Part shown: positions 8,408 to 18,795 of the stretch, one piece after another
How the letters are laid out: every line of letters begins with the position of its first letter
Numbering within the stretch: the first letter of the stretch is position 1
Assembly (NCBI GenBank): GCA_963798845.1
Contig: CAWCUS010000001.1
Coordinates: 96,001-160,000 of the forward strand
Length of the DNA: 64,000 nt
From: an uncultured Gemmatimonadales bacterium
Lineage (GTDB): Bacteria; Gemmatimonadota; Gemmatimonadetes; Longimicrobiales; RSA9
Direction: 5' to 3'
Made by a program: the position numbers and the translations under genes
Notes under the pieces: generated by a model
What the model saw: only the letters and a program-made list of their open reading frames with translations
The model's database searches: none
Told to the model about the DNA's origin: nothing

Positions 8408-9712
8408 ATGATCCGCACACACCGGCTCGCGCTCATGGCGACGCTCGTCGCAGCCACGCTCCCCCGCCCCGCGGCCGCGCAGGCGCCGGTGCAGCAGGTG
8501 GACCGGCTGATCGAGCGGAACGCGGACGGGATCACGGCGATACGGCACCGGATCCACGAGCACCCCGAGCTCTCCAATCGGGAGACGGAGACGGCGGCCC
8601 TGGTCGCATCCGAGCTGCGGGCCTACGGCTTGGACGAGGTGCGCACCGGCGTGGCGCACACCGGCGTCGTGGGCGTGCTGCGGGGCGGCAAGCCGGGGCC
8701 GGTGGTGGCGTTGCGGGCCGACATGGACGCGCTCCCCGTGACCGAAGCGAATGACCTTCCGTACGCCTCGAAAGCGCGCGCCACGTTCGGCGGCCAGGAA
8801 GTGGGCGTGATGCACGCCTGCGGTCACGACATCCACACCTCTGTGGGGCTGGGGACGGCCAAGGTGCTGTCCGCCATGAAAGCGGACCTCCCCGGCACCG
8901 TGATCTTCGTCTTCCAGCCTGCCGAGGAGGGGGCGCCCGAAGGCGAGGAGGGCGGCGCGCCGCTGATGCTGAAGGAGAGGCTGTTCGGCGACATGCAGCC
9001 GGAGGCAATGTTCGCGCTGCACAGCACGCCCGCCCTGGCGGTGGGAGAACTCGGCTACACTTCGGGGCCGGCCATGGCGGCGGCGGACACGTGGCGAGCC
9101 GTCATCCACGGCAAGCAGGCGCACGGCGCGCGCCCGTCGGAGTCCATCGACCCGATCGTCATGGCCTCGCAGGTGGTGCTCGCGCTGCAGACGATCCGCT
9201 CTCGCAACATGCCCTCGATCGCGCCCGGCGTGGTCACCGTGGGGATCCTGCGAGGGGGAGAGCGCCACAACATCATCCCCGCCGCCGTGCGCCTCGAGGG
9301 AACGGTGCGAACCTTCGACGGCGATGTCCAGGACATGGTGGAGCGCCGGATGCGCGAGATCTTCGACGGCATCACCCACGCAGGCGGTGGCAGCTATGAG
9401 ATGACGTACGACCGCGGGGTCCCCGTGATGGTGAACGACGCGGAGCTGACAGGCCGCTCGGCCGAGACTCTGGCCCGGCTCGTCGGCGGCGCCCACGTCC
9501 ACCAGCTCCCGCCCAGCACGGCCGCCGAGGATTTCGCCTACTTCGCCCGGGAGACGCCTTCCTTCTATTTCAGCCTCGGCACCACGCGGCCGGGCACCAC
9601 GTCCGGCGGGCTCCACACGCCGGACTTTCTGGGAGATGACGCCGCGATCCCCGTGGGCATCCGCGCCATGGCCGCCCTGGTCCTCGACTACGCACGGAGC
9701 CATACGCGGTGA
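8408..9712 (+). CDS. Secreted M20D-family amidohydrolase
   Basis: Signal peptide (AAA-Q); HEHPELSNRE, LRADMDALP, MHACGHD, FQPAEEG, AEDFAYF, LHTP. Confidence 0.92.
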   Translation: MIRTHRLALMATLVAATLPRPAAAQAPVQQVDRLIERNADGITAIRHRIHEHPELSNRETETAALVASELRAYGLDEVRTGVAHTGVVGVLRGGKPGPVVALRADMDALPVTEANDLPYASKARATFGGQEVGVMHACGHDIHTSVGLGTAKVLSAMKADLPGTVIFVFQPAEEGAPEGEEGGAPLMLKERLFGDMQPEAMFALHSTPALAVGELGYTSGPAMAAADTWRAVIHGKQAHGARPSESIDPIVMASQVVLALQTIRSRNMPSIAPGVVTVGILRGGERHNIIPAAVRLEGTVRTFDGDVQDMVERRMREIFDGITHAGGGSYEMTYDRGVPVMVNDAELTGRSAETLARLVGGAHVHQLPPSTAAEDFAYFARETPSFYFSLGTTRPGTTSGGLHTPDFLGDDAAIPVGIRAMAALVLDYARSHTR

Positions 9713-10689
9713 AGTACTTCGTCACCGGCGCCACCGGGTTCATAGGCCACCGCGTCGTCCGGCAGCTGCGGGCGGCCGGCCACGAGGTCGTGGCGCTCGT
9801 GCGGAACCCGGACCGGGCCGGTGACCTCCGCGAGCTGGGCGTCGCCCTCGTCCCCGGCGACGTCACCGAGCCCGCCACGCTCTCCGGCCCGATGGCCGGC
9901 GCGGACGGCGTATTCCACCTCGCGGGCTGGTACGTGGTGGGCGCTCGAGACCGCAGCATGGCCCACCGGATCAACGTCGAGGGCACGCGCAACGTGTTGC
10001 AGGCCGCCCTCGCCGCCGACGTGCGCAGGACCGTGTACACGAGCACCATCGCCGTTTTCGGCGACACCGGCGGCAGGATCGTGGACGAGGACTACCGAGC
10101 CGAAGGGCCGTGGCTGAGCGAGTACGACCGCACCAAGTGGATCGCGCACTACGACGTCGCGCTTCCCCTCGCCCGGGCGGGCATGCCGCTCGTCATCGTC
10201 CAGCCAGGCATCGTGTACGGGCCGGGGGACCACAGCCAGGTGGGCGTCGTCCTGCGCGACTACCTCCGCCGACGGCTCCCGGTGGTCCCGACCCAGGGCG
10301 GCTGCTGGAGCTACGTCGGGGACTCCGCGGCCGGGCACGTCCTTGCCATGGAGCGCGGCCGCCCGGGGCACACCTATGTCCTGGGGGGACCGTGCATGAT
10401 GTGGAAGCAGGTGCTCGAGCTCGCGGAGGAGATCACGGGCATCCCGTCCCCGCGCTTCGTCCTCCCTCCCTGGGCCGCCCGCGCCGCCTCACACCTCATG
10501 AAGCCGGTCGCCGCCGTGGTCCCGCTCCCGGAGACGTACCACCCTGAGACCCTGCGCGTGGCCGCCGGGACGACCTATTTCGCCGACGACGCCCGCGCGC
10601 GCGGCGAGCTCGGCTGGGCTCCCCGCCCCCTGCTCGACGGGCTTCGCCTCACCCTCGAAGCGGAGCAGGCCCGCATCGCCGCTGCATGA
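9709..10689 (+). CDS. NAD-dependent epimerase/dehydratase (extended SDR)
   Basis: TGATGFIG, HLAG, NVEGT, YDRTK (YxxxK), VYGPGD; GTGA overlap with upstream gene. Confidence 0.92.
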   Translation: MKYFVTGATGFIGHRVVRQLRAAGHEVVALVRNPDRAGDLRELGVALVPGDVTEPATLSGPMAGADGVFHLAGWYVVGARDRSMAHRINVEGTRNVLQAALAADVRRTVYTSTIAVFGDTGGRIVDEDYRAEGPWLSEYDRTKWIAHYDVALPLARAGMPLVIVQPGIVYGPGDHSQVGVVLRDYLRRRLPVVPTQGGCWSYVGDSAAGHVLAMERGRPGHTYVLGGPCMMWKQVLELAEEITGIPSPRFVLPPWAARAASHLMKPVAAVVPLPETYHPETLRVAAGTTYFADDARARGELGWAPRPLLDGLRLTLEAEQARIAAA

Positions 10690-10772
10690 TCCCACCCGCC
10701 GGGCACGTGCATTGCCCCTCGGCGTGGACGAACCGACCGCGGGCAATGCGCCCGCACAACCCGGGAAGCACC

Positions 10773-11285
10773 ATGCGTCCTGATCGATCCGTGCTCGCGG
10801 CGCTGCTGGCCGCCTCGAGCCTCTCCCTCGCCGCCTGCGCGACCCTGCGGGACTTCATCCAGCCGCCGACCTTCGAGGTCTCGGACCGTTCGCCGTCGCA
10901 GCTGCGCCTCGTCGCTCCCTCGCTCCAGCGACCGCTCGGCGGTGCGCAGCTGCGGGTGTGGGCCCGCGTGCGGAACCCGAACAGCGTCGGCCTCACCGTG
11001 ACGCGGCTCGCGGGGAATGTGCTCCTCGAGGGAACGCCGGCGGCCGACGTGGACCTGCCGCTCGGGCTCCCGCTTCTCGCTGCAGGCGACACGGTGATCC
11101 CGCTCGACGTGTCCATCGGCTTCGCCGATGTCCCGAACCTGGCGCGCCAGATCGCCGCCGCGGTTTCCGGCGAGGCCATCCCGTATGCGCTGCGCGGCAC
11201 CGTCACGGTGGACGCGGGGCCGCTGGGGCAGCCCAGCTTCGGCCCCAGCACCCTGCTCTCGGGTGAGGTGCACGTGGTTCGCTAG
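10773..11285 (+). CDS. LEA type 2 / WHy domain lipoprotein
   Basis: Lipobox LAA-C; NPN motif (VRNPNSVGL); beta-sandwich pattern. Confidence 0.8.
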   Translation: MRPDRSVLAALLAASSLSLAACATLRDFIQPPTFEVSDRSPSQLRLVAPSLQRPLGGAQLRVWARVRNPNSVGLTVTRLAGNVLLEGTPAADVDLPLGLPLLAAGDTVIPLDVSIGFADVPNLARQIAAAVSGEAIPYALRGTVTVDAGPLGQPSFGPSTLLSGEVHVVR

Positions 11286-11293
11286 CGGCTCCG

Positions 11294-12550
11294 CTACTCC
11301 GTCTTGAGCGTTTTCTTCTTCGCGGCCGGGAAGAGGACGTTGTTCAGGATCAGGCGGTAGCCGGGCGAGTGGGGATGCAGGTCGAGGTTCGTGGGATCGT
11401 CGCCGATCTCGTGCTGCGGGTCCTCCGGGTCGTGCCCTCCGAGGAACGTCCACGTACCCTCGCCGAACGAGCCGTGGATGTACTTGACCCACGGCGTGCC
11501 CTCCTCCTCCGCGAGCACGATCACTCCGGGCTTGAGCCGATCGCGCCGGAACGACGTGGTCAGCCCGTAGAAGTCGGGGAGCACCGTCTCGTGGTCCTGC
11601 ACCAGCATCGACGCCACGGGATCGAACTTCGCGCTGAAGTCGAAGAGCGTGTACGTCCCGAGCGGCTGGCGCCACGCCGTGTTCACCTGGTGACCGTCGA
11701 TGTCGCTGAACGCGTTGATGGCCGGGTTGACCTGGATGTCCGCGTTCTGGAACGCCATCGTTCGGCCCCATTGCGCCTCTTCCGACGCCTGTGGATCCGG
11801 GGGCGTGCCGTCGCTGAACGACGCGGCGATGTCCACGCCCGGCGTCGCCAGGGCCAGCTCGAGCGTCTCCGTGGCCGTGCACATGGCGAACAGGAACCCC
11901 CCGTCCGCGACGTACGACCGGATGTCCTCGGCCACCGCCTTCTTCAGCGCGGGCACGTCGGCGAACCCGAACTCCTGCGCCACCTGCTCGTTCCGCTTCA
12001 CCTCGTCCTGAAGCCACGGGGTCCCGGCGAAGTTCAGGAAGAACTTCGAATACTGGCCGGTGAAGTCCTCGTGGTGGAGATGGAGCCAGTCGTAGTCCGA
12101 GAGTCGCCCTTGCAGGACCTCGGGGTCCCACACCTTGTCGTACGGGATCCCCGCGTACTCCAGTGCCAGGGTGACCGCGTCGTCCCATGGTGGTGTGTTC
12201 GGAGGCGTGTAGACGGCGATTTGAGGCGCTTTTTCCAGCGTGACCACGTCGGCGTTCGTCTGCTCGATCTCCGCCTTGAGCCCGGCCGCCTGGCCGCTCG
12301 TCACCGGCTCCACCGTCACCCCCCGCAGCGCGGCTTCCCGCCGCAGCGCGGGCGTGTCCGGGAGGAGGAAGGAGCCCGCGCGATAGTTCAGGAGCCACTC
12401 CGCCGTGCGTCCGCCTTCCAGCGTGTAGTACGTCAGGCCGTACGCCTTCAGGTGGTTCGTCTGGGCCGCGTCCATCGGCACCAGCAGGTACTGCCCCGAT
12501 GCCGGGGCGGCGCTCAGGGCCAGGATCAGCGTGGTCAGTACGGCTCTCAT
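11294..12550 (-). CDS. Secreted conserved protein with class I glutamine amidotransferase-like fold
   Basis: GAGGAG before ATG 12550; signal peptide; NHLKAYG, WLLNYR.GSF, PWDDAV, WLHLHHEDFTGQY, GGFLFAMC, GGHDPED, GYRLILNNVLFPAA. I recognise this as a conserved FCB-group family. Confidence 0.8.
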   Translation of the reverse strand: MRAVLTTLILALSAAPASGQYLLVPMDAAQTNHLKAYGLTYYTLEGGRTAEWLLNYRAGSFLLPDTPALRREAALRGVTVEPVTSGQAAGLKAEIEQTNADVVTLEKAPQIAVYTPPNTPPWDDAVTLALEYAGIPYDKVWDPEVLQGRLSDYDWLHLHHEDFTGQYSKFFLNFAGTPWLQDEVKRNEQVAQEFGFADVPALKKAVAEDIRSYVADGGFLFAMCTATETLELALATPGVDIAASFSDGTPPDPQASEEAQWGRTMAFQNADIQVNPAINAFSDIDGHQVNTAWRQPLGTYTLFDFSAKFDPVASMLVQDHETVLPDFYGLTTSFRRDRLKPGVIVLAEEEGTPWVKYIHGSFGEGTWTFLGGHDPEDPQHEIGDDPTNLDLHPHSPGYRLILNNVLFPAAKKKTLKTE

Positions 12551-12557
12551 GCGCTCC

Positions 12558-14441
12558 TCACTCCTTCCTGCTCCCCTGGGCGACACCCTGCCCGAGGCGC
12601 TCCAGCTCCCGCCTGGCCTGCGGGGCCAGCGCGCTCCGCGGGTACTCCAGGATCAATCGCTCCAGCAGCTCCCTCGCCTCCGCCAGCGCAGCCGGGTCCG
12701 GGCGCAGCGCACGTGCCAGCGCCAGCAGCGCCTTGGGGGCTTCCATGGAGCGCGGATACTTCGACACCAGCTCTCGTCGAATCCGACCGGCGTCGTCCGC
12801 CAGCCCGGCCGAGTCCGCCAGCGCGGCCGCGAAATCCAGCATGGCCGGTCGGTCCCCCTCATCGAGCGACGGATCCTCCGCGGTGAGCACGTCGACCGCG
12901 GTGCCCGGATCGCCGTCGTCGCGGTGGTCGAGCGCCTCCCCGATTCTCGCGCCGGCCGCGGGCGACAGGCGCGTGAGCAGCGTGGCCAGCGCCAGCACCT
13001 GCGTCGCCTCGCCCCCCCGCAGCCCGGCGACGGCATTCAGGAGCGCTGTCCGCGCCGCCTCCACCTCCCCGCCAGCCAGTGACATCCGAGCTCGGAGCAT
13101 CGACGTCCGGGGGCCGCGGACGCCGCCGATCACGGCAGCGGCCTCCGTCGCGCGGCCGGCCGCCAGCACCGCCGCGGCCACGGCCGCGGCCGCGCGGTCC
13201 AGCTCGGGAGCCGTCGGGAACTCCGATCGGAACGCCTGCAGCGCGGCGAGGGCGCCGTCCGGGTCATCGCGCGCCAGCAGCTCCACGTGCAGCGCTGCCG
13301 CCTCTCTCCGCTCCGGCGATCCGGCGTCCGACGATTCCCGCACGCTCTCGTACGTCTCGGCCGCCCGCGCGGTGTCTCCAACGGCGAGCGCCAGCTCGGC
13401 CACACGGGTCCTGAGCGCGAGCGTTCGCACGGCTGCCGCGTCGCCCGCCGCCCCCCTCCCGCGGCTTCCGACCGCTTCCTCCGTCTCCAGGAGCCTTCGA
13501 TAGGCCCAGTACGCCACATGGTCCCGGTGCGCGGAGTCCGCGCGCCGCGCGATCCCGGCCAGGAACACGCTGCGCGCTTCCAGCGACATGGGCTGAAGCA
13601 GCCCCTGCGCCACGCGCTCGGCGTCGTTTTCGAGCCCGGCATCCACCGCGAGCTGCACCGCCGCCACCCGCCGCGGCTGCGAGGCGGGCGGCGCCATCAG
13701 CCGTTCGACCAGCTCGCCCATGACGGCGGCACCGCCATCCGGCATCGCGCGCAGGCGACGACGAACCTGGCTCAGCCCGCCCCCGTCCGCTCCGATGGCC
13801 CGGTCCCACTCCGCCACCGCAAGCCGCGGCTCGTGGATCGCCACCAGCAGGTCGCCCATTTCCAGCGCCAGCGCGTCCGCCTGCTTCAGCTGCCGTCGAC
13901 CTTCCTCCAGCACCGCCCTCGCCCGGTCGAATTTCCCGCGCTCCATTTCCAGCCGCGCGATCTCCCGGTACGCCGTCTCAGTCGCGGGCGCCGCGTCCAT
14001 CCACGAACGCTCGGCAGACCGGAGCGCGTCCGTCCGGTCCAGAGCCGCGTACATCCGCACCCGCACCTGGTTCAGCAAGGCGGAGCCGGGGTCCGCGGCC
14101 ACCGCCGCATCCGCCCTTGGCACCAGTTCCCCCGTACGACCCTGAACCCGCAGCACCCTCTCGAGCGCGAGCAGCGCAGGGGCCGATGCCGCCCGGGCGT
14201 CCAGAATCCGGCTCAGCAGCGAGTCCGCCCGGGCGAGGTTCCCCTGCGCTTCGGCAACGGACGCGTCGCGCAGCAGCCGCACCTCGCCCTCGGCTGCCCC
14301 ACCCACCGCCGTGTCGGCTCCGCCGGGGGGCGGCTCACTCTGGGCCCGCCCCGCCGCGGGCGCCGCCAGGGAGGCGGCTAAGGCCAGCACGAAGAGCCGA
14401 GCGGTCCCTCGCCGGCCCCCGTCGGCCCGTCTCGCCCTCAC
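12558..14441 (-). CDS. Secreted tetratricopeptide-repeat protein
   Basis: Signal peptide (GRA-Q); helical repeats; C-terminal YP.S..A..A repeats; GTGA overlap with upstream stop. Confidence 0.8.
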   Translation of the reverse strand: MRARRADGGRRGTARLFVLALAASLAAPAAGRAQSEPPPGGADTAVGGAAEGEVRLLRDASVAEAQGNLARADSLLSRILDARAASAPALLALERVLRVQGRTGELVPRADAAVAADPGSALLNQVRVRMYAALDRTDALRSAERSWMDAAPATETAYREIARLEMERGKFDRARAVLEEGRRQLKQADALALEMGDLLVAIHEPRLAVAEWDRAIGADGGGLSQVRRRLRAMPDGGAAVMGELVERLMAPPASQPRRVAAVQLAVDAGLENDAERVAQGLLQPMSLEARSVFLAGIARRADSAHRDHVAYWAYRRLLETEEAVGSRGRGAAGDAAAVRTLALRTRVAELALAVGDTARAAETYESVRESSDAGSPERREAAALHVELLARDDPDGALAALQAFRSEFPTAPELDRAAAAVAAAVLAAGRATEAAAVIGGVRGPRTSMLRARMSLAGGEVEAARTALLNAVAGLRGGEATQVLALATLLTRLSPAAGARIGEALDHRDDGDPGTAVDVLTAEDPSLDEGDRPAMLDFAAALADSAGLADDAGRIRRELVSKYPRSMEAPKALLALARALRPDPAALAEARELLERLILEYPRSALAPQARRELERLGQGVAQGSRKE

Positions 14442-17400
14442 GGCCGCGTCTCCGGCTTGCCCGGGCGGTTCAGACGCTCGAAGTAGTCCAGGATCATGCG
14501 CCGGTACGCTGGCGGCAGCCCACGAAGCTGCTCCGCCGTGGGCGGAGGATAGCGGAGCGCCCCGTCCAGCAGCGCCGGGTCCGTTTCGGACGGCGTCGAG
14601 ACCGGCCCGTCCTCCGCGCTGCGGCTCTCCCGCTGATCGCTGTACTCGTCCCGCTCCATCGTGCGACCCGCGTCCAGCAGGTGGCGGAAAAGCTCCTCCT
14701 GGCGGCGCGTCACGCCCCCGTCCAGCCGCCCCTGCTCGAGCTGCCGTGCGATGGCGCTCGCGTCCGTCGTGAGCTGGCTCAGTCGCCCGCGCAGCCCTTC
14801 CTCACCGCCCATCATCCCGCTGAGGTCTCCCACCCTGCGGGCGATCCCTCGTTGCGCCTCCGCCGCCTGGTGCAGCGCCTGCGAGCGCGCGCCGGTGTCC
14901 AGCTCCATCCCTGCGACAGCCCCCACCTGCTGATTGAGCGATCCCTGCTCCTTCGCGAGCTGCCCCAGCTGCTCCAGCGTCTCCTGGCTGACACCGCCGC
15001 CTCGGGTAGGCTGGAGCCGCCCGTCGCTCTGGAGCAGGGACATTGCGAGCTGGTTCAGCGCCTCGACCGCCCGACCGGCCTCGTCCGTCGGCAGCGGCTC
15101 GTCCGCGTCCAGCCGCTCGACGGTCCGCTGCATGTCCAGCGTGGCTCGCGCCAGCGACTGCGCCACCTGCCGGTCCTGGCCCGCCGACCGCTCTCCGGCC
15201 TCCGACAGGTTCTGGCCGAGCTGCTCGAGCCCCTGCTGGAGCGTCTCCTGCTGCGACGCCATCTGCTGCACCGCGTCCCCGCCCGAGCCGTTCTGCTGCG
15301 CCGCCTCCATCTGTTGGCGGAGCTGCTCCTGTCGCTGTGCCAGCTCGAGCGCATCCTGCGTCGCCTGCCGCACCGCCTGCTGCGCCGCCTGCCGTCTGGC
15401 CTCCGTCATCTCCCGCCGGGCGGCGTCCAGCGTCTGGGCGGCGCTCGACATCTCCGCCGCCGCCTGCTTTCCGGCGGTGGACGCCTGCTGCCCCTGCTGC
15501 CTTTCGGACTGCTGGCCCGCTTTCCCCATGGACTGTTGCGCGGACTCCGTCTTCTTCCGCGCCGACCCCGTCTGCCCCGAGGCGCCCTGCTCGCCCATCT
15601 GGAGCAGCTGCTGCTGGAGCGATTCCAGCGACTGCGTCAGCTGCTTCGTCCTGTCCTGCAGCTCCTCCTGCTGCCGGCGCCGCTCCTTCCCCCCGCCACT
15701 CGGATGCGACCCGTTCTCCCCTCCAGGCTGGTGCGCGCTCGCCGAATCGGCCTGCGCCGAGTCGCCCGGCGCGGAATCCGCAGGAGCCCCGCCCTGCGGC
15801 GGCGAACGGCGCCCCCGTTCCCCCGCCGCTGTGGAGTCTTCCTGCGCGGCGCCTGCTGTGGACCGGGAAGCGCTCGTGGCGGTGGTGTCGCCCGCCGCCG
15901 TCTGCGGGGACGCCGTGCCAGCGCTGTCGGTTCCCGTGAGCGGCGAGGCCGCAGCCGGTGATGACTGCGCGTCGGCGGCAGGCCGCGGCGCCGCGGCCGT
16001 GCTGTCCGGCGCCATGGATGCGGCCAGGACCCTCTGTTCCCCCGCGATCTCCTCCGCCTCACGGGCGAGGGCGCTCAGCTTCTGCTCGGCCGCCGTGCGC
16101 CGGGCAGCCTCCGCGTCTTCCGCCAGCTGCTGTTTCAACTCCGCCTGCTGCTCGGCCAGCTTGTCGAGCGCTTTCTGGACGGCCTCCGCGTCCAGCGCTT
16201 CGACCGCCTTTCGGAGACGCTCGGACTCCTGTCTCGTCTCCGGCAGCTGTGCGCGACGATAGAGATCCTCCAGCTCCGCCAGCTTGCGCCGCAGGTCCGG
16301 ATCGTCCAGCCCGGCCCGCTCGGCCGCGGCCCGAAGCTCCGCCAGCTGCCGGGACAACAATGCCGCCCGGTCCAGCAACGCTTCCTGCTCGCGCAGCACC
16401 TCCGCAGCCTCGCTCGCATCCTGGAAACTCAACGGCTGGCCGTCACCGCCGCCGGCCGTCCCGCCGCGGCGACCTGCCTGCGCCTCCCCCGCCGCGCGCC
16501 GGCTGAGGTCCCGTGTGGTCTTTTCCAGTGTGGCGACGTCCCGGCTCAACGCTTCGGTGGCCGCGAGAAGGCGGTCCGCGGCGGCGGTCGCCCCTTCCCG
16601 CAGCTCCGACATCCCCGGCACCCGCAGCGTCTGCGTCGCGGACCGGCCAACTTGCCCCGAGGGAGCATTGTCCACGACTTCGATGCGGTATTCGACGACA
16701 TCCCCCGGCACCAGCGTCTCACCGCTGGCGTCGAGCACCGTCCGCAGCAGCGCCCTCGCCTCCCCGGCGGCGAGCGGCACACCGGACCGGTGTTCCGGGC
16801 CGGGCGCCCCGGTGGCCGGGACCCGACGGTAGACCAGCGACGCGGACGAGAGGCCGAAGTCGTCGCTCGCGTCGGCACCCACGCCCTGCTGCAGCCCGGG
16901 CGGCATCACCGTGTCCGGCGCCGGCGAAGTGATACGCACTTCCGGCGCTGCATCGGCTGTGACCTCCAGCTCCAGCGGCGATGGAACCCCGGCTGCGGCG
17001 CTCCCGGTCCCGCGCAGCCGCCAGGCCCACCGGCCGCTGGACCCCGCGTCCACGGTCCAGTCCATCTCGAAGCCACGCCCCTCGACCCCCGCCGCCCGCA
17101 TGCGCCCGTCACCTCGGACGAGTGAGAGCGACGCCAGGGGTCGCGTGGCCGAGCCTCTCACGCGCAGCACGGTGCCCTCAGGCACGCTGAGCCGCGGCAC
17201 CTCCCCCTCGTAGTGGTCCGCGGGGCGCCCGGTGTACGCCGGATAGCCCACATCCACCGCCAGCTCGGACAGGAGCAGCGGGTCGATCGGGGTCACATGG
17301 AAAGAGTCGGTTGCAGCCCCATCCGGGGCGCTGACCCAGTAGACCACGGGGGAGCGGATCGGACCCAGCGACGCGGTCGCCTGCCCGCCGTTGACCTCCA

Positions 17401-18121
17401 GCTTCCGGTCCCGGGGAACGTCGCCGACGGCGCGCCAGTGGAGCGCGGCCTCGCGGCGCAGGGGCGCTTCGACCTCCACGTCCAGCGCGCCGCCACGCTC
17501 GACCGAGGCGTCCCCCGGAGACACCGTGAGGGGCGGGAGCGCCGGCCCCCGCAGGTGCGAAACCGGGTGCAGCAGCGGCTTCCACGCCATCGCTGCCCGC
17601 CGGGGAGAAGCGAACCCGGCCGCAATCACCACCAGCCCCAGCAGCGCAGCGCCGGACAGCACGCGCGTCCGGCGCCGCCGCACCCCGCTTCCCAGCTCGC
17701 CTGCGAGCGCCGGCGCATCCTGGCCTTCCACGTGCCCGGCCAGCTGTGCCTCGGCGTGCCCGAACAGCACGCCTGAGACGCCGGGCGGCAGCTCCCGCGC
17801 CAGCTCCACGACCCCGCGCAGCGCCCCCTCGGGCAGCCCGCGGCTCCGCTCCGCCGCGGCCGCGATGGCCGCTTCGGTGAGCGGTCCGAGCCAGAGGTGC
17901 CGGAGCGCGACCGCCACGCCGACGGTCGTCAACGCTGCGCAGGTCACGGCTGCGAGCGGGCCCGCGCCGCGCAGCCCCCATGCGCCTGCGCCGTAGGCGA
18001 GGAGCAGCGTGACGGCGGGCACTGCGGCCGCGGCCGCCAGCAACGCCAGCCACGCGTCCCGGCGCACCCGCCGACGCACGCGCTCGAGGGCCGCCCGGAT
18101 CGTCTCCCCCGCCGGACTCAC
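14438..18121 (-). CDS. DUF4175-like large membrane-anchored coiled-coil protein
   Basis: GTG 18121 overlaps the DUF4159 stop (GTGA). Three N-terminal TM helices, PAYTG and DDFGL Ig-like motifs, long Q-rich coiled coil, terminal P.YR..I.DYF..L. Confidence 0.8.
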   Translation of the reverse strand: MSPAGETIRAALERVRRRVRRDAWLALLAAAAAVPAVTLLLAYGAGAWGLRGAGPLAAVTCAALTTVGVAVALRHLWLGPLTEAAIAAAAERSRGLPEGALRGVVELARELPPGVSGVLFGHAEAQLAGHVEGQDAPALAGELGSGVRRRRTRVLSGAALLGLVVIAAGFASPRRAAMAWKPLLHPVSHLRGPALPPLTVSPGDASVERGGALDVEVEAPLRREAALHWRAVGDVPRDRKLEVNGGQATASLGPIRSPVVYWVSAPDGAATDSFHVTPIDPLLLSELAVDVGYPAYTGRPADHYEGEVPRLSVPEGTVLRVRGSATRPLASLSLVRGDGRMRAAGVEGRGFEMDWTVDAGSSGRWAWRLRGTGSAAAGVPSPLELEVTADAAPEVRITSPAPDTVMPPGLQQGVGADASDDFGLSSASLVYRRVPATGAPGPEHRSGVPLAAGEARALLRTVLDASGETLVPGDVVEYRIEVVDNAPSGQVGRSATQTLRVPGMSELREGATAAADRLLAATEALSRDVATLEKTTRDLSRRAAGEAQAGRRGGTAGGGDGQPLSFQDASEAAEVLREQEALLDRAALLSRQLAELRAAAERAGLDDPDLRRKLAELEDLYRRAQLPETRQESERLRKAVEALDAEAVQKALDKLAEQQAELKQQLAEDAEAARRTAAEQKLSALAREAEEIAGEQRVLAASMAPDSTAAAPRPAADAQSSPAAASPLTGTDSAGTASPQTAAGDTTATSASRSTAGAAQEDSTAAGERGRRSPPQGGAPADSAPGDSAQADSASAHQPGGENGSHPSGGGKERRRQQEELQDRTKQLTQSLESLQQQLLQMGEQGASGQTGSARKKTESAQQSMGKAGQQSERQQGQQASTAGKQAAAEMSSAAQTLDAARREMTEARRQAAQQAVRQATQDALELAQRQEQLRQQMEAAQQNGSGGDAVQQMASQQETLQQGLEQLGQNLSEAGERSAGQDRQVAQSLARATLDMQRTVERLDADEPLPTDEAGRAVEALNQLAMSLLQSDGRLQPTRGGGVSQETLEQLGQLAKEQGSLNQQVGAVAGMELDTGARSQALHQAAEAQRGIARRVGDLSGMMGGEEGLRGRLSQLTTDASAIARQLEQGRLDGGVTRRQEELFRHLLDAGRTMERDEYSDQRESRSAEDGPVSTPSETDPALLDGALRYPPPTAEQLRGLPPAYRRMILDYFERLNRPGKPETRP

Positions 18122-18795
18122 CGCGCCTCCTGCGCGAGCGCGTACGCGAACAGGTTCGTCCCCATCCGCAAAGCCGCCTGCCGGAGCGAGTCCGGGTCGT
18201 GGTGCACCGACTGGTTCTCCCACCCGTCGCCCAGGTCCGACTGGTAGCTGTAGTAGACTACCAGACGGCCGTTCCGGAAGATGCCGAATCCCTGCGCCGG
18301 CAGCCCGTCGTGCTCGTGGATCTTCGGAAGCCCCATCGGGAAGTCGAACACGAGGTGGTAGATCGGGTGCGAGAGTGGGACCTCGACCAGCTCGGCATCG
18401 GGGAATACCCGCGCGATCTCCCGGCGGAAGCTCCGGTCCAGCCCGTAGTTGTCGTCCGCGTGCAGGAACCCGCCGCCGTCCAGATACGTCCGCAGCGCCT
18501 CCACCTCGCGGTCGCTCAGGTGGATGTTCCCGTGGCCGGTGATGTACAGGTAGGGATACTCCCGCAGCGCCGGGTCAGTCAGGCGCACGTGCGCCGGCTG
18601 CGTCGCCAGGGGGAAGCCCGTCTCCTCGGAAATGAACCCGAGCAGGTTCGGCAGCGATGATGGGTTCGCGTACCAGTCCCCGCCGCCATCGTACTGCACC
18701 TGGGCGATGGTCAGCTCGGGAGGTTTCGCTTCCGGCACCGGCGTGGCGGCCGTCGCCACCCCCAGCAGGGGAATCCACAGGAAGGGGGACTTCAA
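18118..18795 (-). CDS. DUF4159 domain-containing secreted protein
   Basis: YDGGGDWY.NP, YITGHG, GGFLHADDNYG, HPIYH, GLPKIHEHD, DLGDGWE, MGTN. Start TTG 18795 or CTG 18801. Confidence 0.85.
   Translation of the reverse strand: MKSPFLWIPLLGVATAATPVPEAKPPELTIAQVQYDGGGDWYANPSSLPNLLGFISEETGFPLATQPAHVRLTDPALREYPYLYITGHGNIHLSDREVEALRTYLDGGGFLHADDNYGLDRSFRREIARVFPDAELVEVPLSHPIYHLVFDFPMGLPKIHEHDGLPAQGFGIFRNGRLVVYYSYQSDLGDGWENQSVHHDPDSLRQAALRMGTNLFAYALAQEAR

Noticed and set aside
8201..9703. 500-aa N-terminal extension of the 1350-aa DinG ORF
   Set aside because: It is the antisense shadow of the M20 amidohydrolase; recognisable protein begins at ATG 8200.
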